A program made the position numbers and the translations under genes. The notes beneath the pieces were generated by a model. It was not told the DNA's origin. It searched no databases and saw only the letters and a program-made list of their open reading frames with translations. Shown here piece after piece: positions 6,940 through 12,187 of a DNA stretch of 12,187 nt (position 1 is the first letter of the stretch; every line of letters starts with the position of its first letter). Where the stretch lies: IMG/VR virus record IMGVR_UViG_2713896785_000025. One strand, given 5' to 3'. The DNA comes from a virus (taxonomy: Duplodnaviria > Heunggongvirae > Uroviricota > Caudoviricetes).

Positions 6940-7130
6940 CTCACTTTTTCGCCTCACTTTTTCAAGCGTCTCACTTCGTCGCAGTTGGGATTTTCGGTTT
7001 TTCTATGTGTGTGTTTCATAAGTATTTTTTTACCCCTCACTTTTGAGGATGTATACAGGTCGAAAAGTGAGGGAGAGCGGGCTAATTTTGGCCCTCTTTC
7101 TATCCCCCTCGCTTTTGCTCCTCACTTTTA
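6940..7130. repeat. Iteron array / candidate origin of replication (CTCACTTTT repeats, one inverted) with AT-rich tract
   Basis: CTCAC(T)4 at 6940-6949, 6953-6962, 7036-7045, 7121-7130; variants at 6970-6978 and 7108-7117; inverted copy AAAAGTGAG at 7063-7071; AT-rich stretch 7001-7034; immediately downstream of replicase gene. Confidence 0.6.
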
Positions 7131-8528
7131 TAGCGGCGCTACATCATCCCCATCGATACGAATAACCCCATCTTTTTCCAGCTTGTACAGCCAGCGCCGG
7201 AAGTTTTTCATTTCATACCCCAGCTTTTTCATGTCATCACGTAACAGCGGGATCGTGCACTTGTCGCCGTTCTGTGTGCGTGAACGGATGCACCCCCATA
7301 GCGCGGTATGGTTTTCCGTCTTGTTCCCTGCCTCCTCGATGCGCTCCAGTTCAACAGGAGGGCGCGGATCATCCACCACCACCAGCGACGTGATTAATTC
7401 ACCGTCAGCGTCGGTAAAAAGCTCCACCACGCGTAAGTCATATGCGGCTTCTTTGAGTTCCTCCGCGTCCTTCATTTTGGTGCATGAGATAACCAGCGCT
7501 TCGCTTCCTGCGTCCTCCCTGCGTATCCGGTATTCAGCATCCAGCGAAGCACGAAATGCACTGGAACCGCGCGCGCCTTTCGTCTCATCCTTGCCGGAAT
7601 GGTGAACCACCAGCACCGTGGCCCCTGTGCGTCGTTTCAGTTCGTCACAACCACGGATAAACGCCCCCATATCACGGGAATCATTTTCATCATTCCCACC
7701 AAAGCAACGCGCCAGCGTATCCAGAATAATCATGCGTACAGGTTTACCCGTTTCCCGCTCCACCTGACGGGCAGCGATAACCATTTCATCAACATCAAGC
7801 GGGGCAGCCGGAAAGATGGGGCGGTTTACCAGATACAGATTTTTCACCTGCTCATCGTGCACAACCTCCCAGGCTTTTACACGACGCGGAACACCTATAC
7901 CGCCTTCACCAACCACATAGAGAACCGCACCATGTGCAACCCTGCGGCCTCCCCACTGGCGACCAGTGGCAACATGGCACGCCCACGATCCGGCAAGGAA
8001 TGATTTATAGGACCCGCTAGCCCCGTATATGCTGCATAGCGATACCGCCGGAATAATCCCCTTAACCACGTAATCCAGTTGCGTGTCGTATCCGGTAGAT
8101 CCAACGCTCATCGGTAGCGTGGTTTTTCGCTGGTGGTTTTTTTCTTCCGCCGGCTCTTTCCCGCGCACCCGTTCCAGGTATTCGCGCCAGTTCTCCCGCA
8201 TATGGCTGTGCATCCCTTCGGGGTAATAATTCGCATCAGTTACACCCGCCGCCGCCAGCTTGTGCGCAATGGCATTAATATTTGATGGCCTGATGTGGCC
8301 TGCCTTGTACAGCCGGACACAATAGCGCCCCTCGTCGATGATTCTCAGGTCTGCCAGTTCATCCAGTTGATCATCAGCCAGCACAACGGGAGGCACATTA
8401 TCGCCAGCCAGTCGCCCGTCCTGTTCCTGCCACTGTTTCGCATGTGCCCAGGCATCACTACCCGCAAAAATAATGACTTCGGTCATCTTGTCGTAAGGCT
8501 GTTTTTTTAAGTTCGGTGCGCTTTTCAT
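7128..8528 (-). CDS. Replication protein: RecA-like AAA_25 ATPase/helicase-type replicase with N-terminal possible Toprim/primase-like domain (466 aa)
   Basis: Walker A GASGSYKSFLA...HVATG, Walker B-like MIILDTLARCF, HHSGKDETKG motif; SD AGGGG; start overlaps upstream stop (ATGA). Confidence 0.85.
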   Translation of the reverse strand: MKSAPNLKKQPYDKMTEVIIFAGSDAWAHAKQWQEQDGRLAGDNVPPVVLADDQLDELADLRIIDEGRYCVRLYKAGHIRPSNINAIAHKLAAAGVTDANYYPEGMHSHMRENWREYLERVRGKEPAEEKNHQRKTTLPMSVGSTGYDTQLDYVVKGIIPAVSLCSIYGASGSYKSFLAGSWACHVATGRQWGGRRVAHGAVLYVVGEGGIGVPRRVKAWEVVHDEQVKNLYLVNRPIFPAAPLDVDEMVIAARQVERETGKPVRMIILDTLARCFGGNDENDSRDMGAFIRGCDELKRRTGATVLVVHHSGKDETKGARGSSAFRASLDAEYRIRREDAGSEALVISCTKMKDAEELKEAAYDLRVVELFTDADGELITSLVVVDDPRPPVELERIEEAGNKTENHTALWGCIRSRTQNGDKCTIPLLRDDMKKLGYEMKNFRRWLYKLEKDGVIRIDGDDVAPL

Positions 8529-8871
8529 TTCTTGCCCCTGAATCCGTTAATCATGGTTTTCAGCTTCTGGATGTTTGCCCGTGCCCTGGCGTTGCTGGTG
8601 GGCACGTTATGCGGCGCGGTCTGTACCAGAGAAAAATCACGCCGGAACTGATAAACAGGCATCACGCAATCATATTCGTAACCTTCACGNNNNNNNNNNN
8701 NNNNNNNNNNNNNNNNNNNNNNNNNNNNNNNNNNNNNNNNNNTGATTTTTGTTTGTCGCGTTCATTGTCGCCAAGTGTTTCAAGCCATATGCGCAATATT
8801 TCCAGCATGTTTTCACTGTGAGAAAGTGCAAGAAATGCGCGGTCTATTGTTTGGTGGTAAATATCACGCAT
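8525..8871 (-). CDS. Hypothetical protein interrupted by assembly gap (N-terminal 43 codons 8743-8871; C-terminal 54 codons 8528-8689 plus stop 8525-8527)
   Basis: Both fragments are open right up to the gap edges; ATG 8869-8871 with SD GAGGA; C-terminal frame ends with TGA overlapping replicase ATG. The stated gap length (53) is not a multiple of 3, so continuity is unproven. Confidence 0.45.
8690..8742. other. Assembly gap (53 N)
   Basis: Run of n characters in the sequence. Confidence 1.
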
Positions 8872-9328
8872 GGCTTACATCCTCAGGAAATTTTCTTCTA
8901 TAACGCGCCTCTGCCACATATTCCGCATAATCGGCGGCGATATTCAGTACATCAAGCCCCGTTGATTTATATTCTCTCGTGGAAAGTAAGAAAAAAGCCG
9001 CTCTAATAAGTTCTGGCATTGACGAAAGCGCATCAGCCGCATCATCAGGAACGCCGGAAAATTCCTGTTTCAGGGAATTAAAACGATCATCACGCATAAC
9101 CCCCCCATTTTCACAATCAGCAATCAGGATGGCTTTGGCCTCATTCAGCGCCATATCCGCACTAAGTTGCATAACCGCCAGCGAATGAGGAACGAAAGCC
9201 CCGGCATATTCTGTTTCACTGGTGGCGTGCTTATGCGCCATGTCTGCGATAACAGAAATATCAATCAGCGCGTGCATTAGCGTTATGATGGCTTCGGCGG
9301 CTGCGTCCGGACGGATGTTATTGCACAT
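8864..9328 (-). CDS. Hypothetical protein (154 aa), first clearly supported gene of leftward early operon
   Basis: Near-consensus SD AGGAGGTG 5-6 nt upstream of ATG 9326-9328; stop overlaps next start by 8 nt. Confidence 0.65.
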   Translation of the reverse strand: MCNNIRPDAAAEAIITLMHALIDISVIADMAHKHATSETEYAGAFVPHSLAVMQLSADMALNEAKAILIADCENGGVMRDDRFNSLKQEFSGVPDDAADALSSMPELIRAAFFLLSTREYKSTGLDVLNIAADYAEYVAEARYRRKFPEDVSHA

Positions 9329-9524
9329 GGCACACCTCCTGACGAATACGGGCAGCGAATACCATCACGCAGCCAGCCGGAGATTGCTGGCGTGCTTCCT
9401 GTTCGCTGGTGGCCTCAATGGTAATCACGCGCGGTTGTGCCGTGCTCAGGGCGATAAAACGCCAGATGTATTTATTCAGGTTGTGCGAGTCCCGCCCTTG
9501 CGGGTGTGTGGTATGATTTCTCAT
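9318..9524 (-). CDS. Possible small protein (68 aa); C-terminal part of the 342-aa track ORF
   Basis: ATG at 9522-9524 (rc) with GAGGT 4 nt upstream; otherwise unsupported, and it contains the SD of the next gene. Confidence 0.25.
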   Translation of the reverse strand: MRNHTTHPQGRDSHNLNKYIWRFIALSTAQPRVITIEATSEQEARQQSPAGCVMVFAARIRQEVCHVQ

Positions 9525-9620
9525 AGCTACCTCGATACTTTCGCTATCGTTGGTGGTTAGAAGCCCGGTTAGTGTTAGCGCACTGCCGGGTTTCGTCGTT
9601 TCTGCACCTTGCGCCAACAA

Positions 9621-9674
9621 GGTGTTGAACACCAATTTAAACCCAGGTGTTAAACACGTCAAGTGTTGAACACT
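9621..9674. promoter_or_regulatory. Three palindromic operator-like sites GTGTT-N-AACAC with candidate rightward promoter
   Basis: GGTGTTGAACACC 9621-9633, GGTGTTAAACACG 9646-9658, AGTGTTGAACACT 9662-9674 (centres 25 and 16 bp apart). -35 TTGAAC 9666-9671 inside site 3, 17-nt spacer, -10 CATACT 9689-9694, upstream of ORF 9724. Confidence 0.6.
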
Positions 9675-9723
9675 TATTTTTTTTCCTGCATACTGCATTT
9701 GTTTTTTATGAGGGGTACACCAC

Positions 9724-9903
9724 ATGGCGACAAAAGCAGTAAACGCAAAATCACAAACCGTTGCGGCAAGGGTTCCGCATGAAGTTATGAACAATGTTGA
9801 GGCGGTAAAAATGCCTGGCGAAAGTACGGGGCAATTTGTTACTGCAGCATTAAAACGAGAAGTTGAATATCGCCAGCGGCGCAAGGCCAAAGAACCAGAG
9901 TAA
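9724..9903 (+). CDS. Small DNA-binding protein, ribbon-helix-helix-like (59 aa)
   Basis: Not in ORF track (below size cut-off). ATG 9724 with SD GAGGGG 8 nt upstream; pattern beta-strand TVAARVP, helix, loop GES, helix resembles Arc/CopG-type RHH; basic C-terminus. Confidence 0.55.
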   Translation: MATKAVNAKSQTVAARVPHEVMNNVEAVKMPGESTGQFVTAALKREVEYRQRRKAKEPE

Positions 9904-9960
9904 TCACCATCAGCGCCGTGGTGTAAGGTATTACGGCGCATTGCTATGCAGGACAACACA

Positions 9961-10134
9961 ATGACCGATAAAGAATTGACCAAAACATTATCACCGGCAC
10001 GGAAAAGACGGCGCAGAAAGATAGAGCATGAATCAGAAAGATTCGCGCCATGTGCTTTTGCCCTTGAGCAATTCCTTAAAGAGTACAGGGAAAAGCGCTC
10101 ATTGCAGGTATGGCAACGAACTGAACCAGACTGA
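9961..10134 (+). CDS. Small basic hypothetical protein (57 aa; track ORF starts at 9946)
   Basis: ATG 9961 has SD AGGA with 7-nt spacer; Arg/Lys-rich segment RKRRRRK; followed by terminator. Confidence 0.45.
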   Translation: MTDKELTKTLSPARKRRRRKIEHESERFAPCAFALEQFLKEYREKRSLQVWQRTEPD

Positions 10135-10228
10135 TAGCATTGCCCACCAGCCTGATAGCGACTATCATTGCCGTTCTTATGTTTGGGATCACACACACAA
10201 ACGGCGCAGCGGGTTATCTGTTCAGAAA

Positions 10229-10257
10229 GGCGGCTCCATTTCGGGGCCGCTTTTTTT
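10229..10257 (+). terminator. Intrinsic terminator for rightward transcript
   Basis: Stem GCGGCTCC/GGGGCCGC (one G-U pair), loop ATTTC, then T7 on + strand. Confidence 0.65.
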
Positions 10258-10403
10258 ATGTCTGAAAAACCCCAATTTTGTTGTTTTTCAGTTTCACCAG
10301 GGCGAACGAATCCCCGCCCACGTTCTGGCGTATATTCAATCTTCATGGTTATAGCTCTGTGTTCAGATGATTGATGTGTGGCGGCTGCGTGCCGCCAGCG
10401 TGA

Positions 10404-10592
10404 TTAATGAACTGCCTTGCAGCTATCCTTCCAGGCCAGAACCTCGGATAAAGACCAGCCAACGGAACGACCGCCAAGTTTACGACGTGATGGGAATTGT
10501 CCGGCCTTTTCCAGGCGGTAGCGACACGTACGGCTAAGGCCGGTTAGTTTTTCGCATTCTTTTTCACGTATAAACCGATCAGTGCTTAACAC
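10404..10592 (-). CDS. AlpA-family transcriptional regulator (about 62 aa from GTG; track gives 89 aa from TTG at 10673)
   Basis: HTH block LTGLSRTCRYRLEKAGQFP..RKLGGRSVGWSLSEV.AW typical of AlpA/Phage_AlpA as recalled; GTG at 10590-10592 (rc) preceded by SD AGGGGGG with 5-nt spacer; no internal ATG. Confidence 0.8.
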   Translation of the reverse strand: MLSTDRFIREKECEKLTGLSRTCRYRLEKAGQFPSRRKLGGRSVGWSLSEVLAWKDSCKAVH

Positions 10593-10865
10593 TATTGCCC
10601 CCCTTTCGTTTCTTAAAGAGTCATCAGGTGTCTTATTGTGTCGTATTGTTCCCGCTAGAGTGATGAATGGCAAATATTGAGGATGTATGATTTACAGAAA
10701 ATGAAACAGTAAGAATAAAATCTTTTAAATTCATGTTAATACAAAGGCATAAAATATTGTTTCATGCCTTTTTTCTCACGCGTTAAAGCGTTATTCGCTA
10801 ATGTATAAAAAAACAGTCACACAAATAAAATCAGTCACTTATAAACCTGTGTACTTTTTCGCCTC

Positions 10866-10910
10866 TTGTTCGTGGTTGTTCCACGTTGTTTCACATTGTT
10901 CGCCGTTGTA
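10866..10910. repeat. Five phased direct repeats TTGTT at exact 10-bp intervals
   Basis: TTGTT at 10866, 10876, 10886, 10896 and TTGTA at 10906; adjacent 16-bp perfect palindrome CAGTATGCGCATACTG at 10925-10940. Confidence 0.55.
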
Positions 10911-10957
10911 TCTGTGTGCTTATCCAGTATGCGCATACTGAAAAAACACGAAAAAAA

Positions 10958-12187
10958 TTATTTTCTTCTGGCTGCTGGTAGTGCGGTTACGTTTTCATGT
11001 GTTCCCGCCAGTATCCCTAACCGCTCCATCCACATATCCAGCGCATTGCGTTTAGCATCCAGATAACGGGAATGATTATAAACTCGCTGCATTCCTGGCA
11101 TCTGGTGGCCTGTAAGCTGCTCCACGACGTGAGGATCCACGCCTAAATCGCTCAGCATCGTTGTAAAGGTGCGCCGGATGTCATGTAGTGACCAGTGAGG
11201 GTGATTTAGCCTCCTGTGCGCTAATCTGCCGTACTGCGACACGCTTGTTTCCTGTTTCACTTCCCCCAGCAATAAGCCCGTGTGCCTGTTCTGCTCCACC
11301 AGCTGCGTGACGAACGGCAGTATTGCTTCCGGTATGGGCCGGAATATTGCCACCTTCGTTTTGCTGTGTTCTTTCGGCACGGTCCAGAGCATTTCGGTAA
11401 AATCCCACTCGCTGATCTCCGATAACCTCAGTTCTACCGTCCGGCATCCGAACACAATCAGGAGGCGGATTAACGCGATGTAGTAGGGGGAGAATATTTT
11501 TTTGTCCAGTGCCTGCAATAATTCGCCCAGTTCTTTGGTGCTTAAGACACGCTCGCTTATATCCGGTTTTTTCCCAACGTCCGCCACACTCATATCATCA
11601 AGAACGTTGCTGATTGCATAGCGCCGCCTCCGGCAGAACTTAAGCGCCTGTTTGCACGTCTGTAGCAAGAATCCGGCAGTAACAGGCGTTCGCTTTGCCA
11701 CCTGGTCAAAACAGGCCAGCCAGTGCCGTAGCTCGCATTTATCCAGCGGCATAGCACCAATGTGCTGTATTACGTGATTATTAAGGCGCTTTTTCAGGGC
11801 GGCATAATCCACGCGGTTTTCCTTTGCGTACGACTCAAGCCAGTAGGTGAGCGCATCGCCAACCGTTACCGGCTTTAACGCTTCCTGTACGGTGTAATTA
11901 AGCTCATGACGTGGATTTTTCCCCTCTGCCAGCCATGCGCGACACTGGGCGGCTTTTTCCCTGGCTGATTTCAGGCTCAGATCAGGATAATTTCCCAGCT
12001 TAATGCGTTCCGGTGGTGCCCCCCTTCCCGTTCCGGCCCTGTAAGTGAAATACCAGGTTAAAAGGCCACTGGTTGAATGCCTGACGCTCAGGTTTCCACC
12101 GTCATTAAGAAAGGCTGTTTTTTGGGCGGGTGTGCCGTTGATTTTCCTCAGCTGTGTATCGCTCAGTTTGTTAAGTGCTCTGCTCAT
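10958..12187 (-). CDS. Tyrosine recombinase / integrase, P4-like family (409 aa; start codon at the window edge, so the 5' end could be truncated)
   Basis: N-terminal arm-binding-type region; catalytic-domain motifs GCRTVELRL, HDIRRTFTT, LTGHQ...VYNHSRY (R, H-x-x-R, Y). Confidence 0.92.
   Translation of the reverse strand: MSRALNKLSDTQLRKINGTPAQKTAFLNDGGNLSVRHSTSGLLTWYFTYRAGTGRGAPPERIKLGNYPDLSLKSAREKAAQCRAWLAEGKNPRHELNYTVQEALKPVTVGDALTYWLESYAKENRVDYAALKKRLNNHVIQHIGAMPLDKCELRHWLACFDQVAKRTPVTAGFLLQTCKQALKFCRRRRYAISNVLDDMSVADVGKKPDISERVLSTKELGELLQALDKKIFSPYYIALIRLLIVFGCRTVELRLSEISEWDFTEMLWTVPKEHSKTKVAIFRPIPEAILPFVTQLVEQNRHTGLLLGEVKQETSVSQYGRLAHRRLNHPHWSLHDIRRTFTTMLSDLGVDPHVVEQLTGHQMPGMQRVYNHSRYLDAKRNALDMWMERLGILAGTHENVTALPAARRK

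Larger units (their letters stand above)
2063..12187 (-). mobile_element. Phage satellite / PICI-like island (integrase-alpA-replication-packaging), truncated by window edge; left boundary lies somewhere in 1462-2062
   Basis: Co-oriented, tightly packed genes: P4-type integrase, AlpA, replicase plus iterons, SSB, lambda-type capsid/terS/cos. The gene expected directly after phoQ in E. coli K-12 (ycfD/roxA) is absent from the window. Confidence 0.8.

Noticed and set aside
6919-7605. 228-aa plus-strand ORF (TTG start) across the origin and replicase 3' end
   Set aside because: Antisense to the well-supported replicase gene and to the iterons; Ser-rich low-complexity translation; no SD.
9318-10346. 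342-aa minus-strand ORF, the longest unassigned ORF in the window
   Set aside because: Cys-rich, low-complexity composition; no SD at its start; runs across the three operators, the RHH gene on the other strand and the terminator hairpin. Probably a chance open frame. Only its last 68 codons are kept as a low-confidence candidate.
10028-10374. Plus-strand ORFs 10028-10354 and 10168-10374
   Set aside because: They overlap the better-supported 57-aa gene out of frame and read through the intrinsic terminator at 10229-10257.
1-12187. CRISPR array or other long tandem repeat array
   Set aside because: No regularly spaced direct repeats of 25-40 bp with unique spacers; the repeats present are short iterons, operators and terminators.

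Overview
The window opens with a complete phoQ sensor kinase gene (1-1461, + strand). After about 600 bp of non-coding junction, the rest (from about 2063 to the window edge at 12187) is a compact phage-satellite / PICI-like island whose genes all read leftward on the minus strand. From the right edge inward it carries a P4-type tyrosine integrase, an AlpA-family regulator, a switch region with three palindromic operators and a small convergent plus-strand module, a replication module (RecA-like AAA_25 replicase with possible Toprim N-terminus, iteron origin, SSB homolog), a PerC-family regulator, and a lambda-type head/packaging block. That block has an E-like major capsid protein, a D-like decoration protein and a Nu1-like small terminase, but no portal, protease, large terminase or tail genes. 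The terS gene is bracketed by two lambda-type cos sites in inverted orientation. No tRNA, rRNA or CRISPR array was seen. There is one 53-N assembly gap (8690-8742) inside a gene. All homology calls are by eye against protein and DNA sequences recalled from memory (lambda E, D, Nu1, cos; E. coli SSB and PhoQ); no database search was run, and small-ORF functions are mostly unknown.
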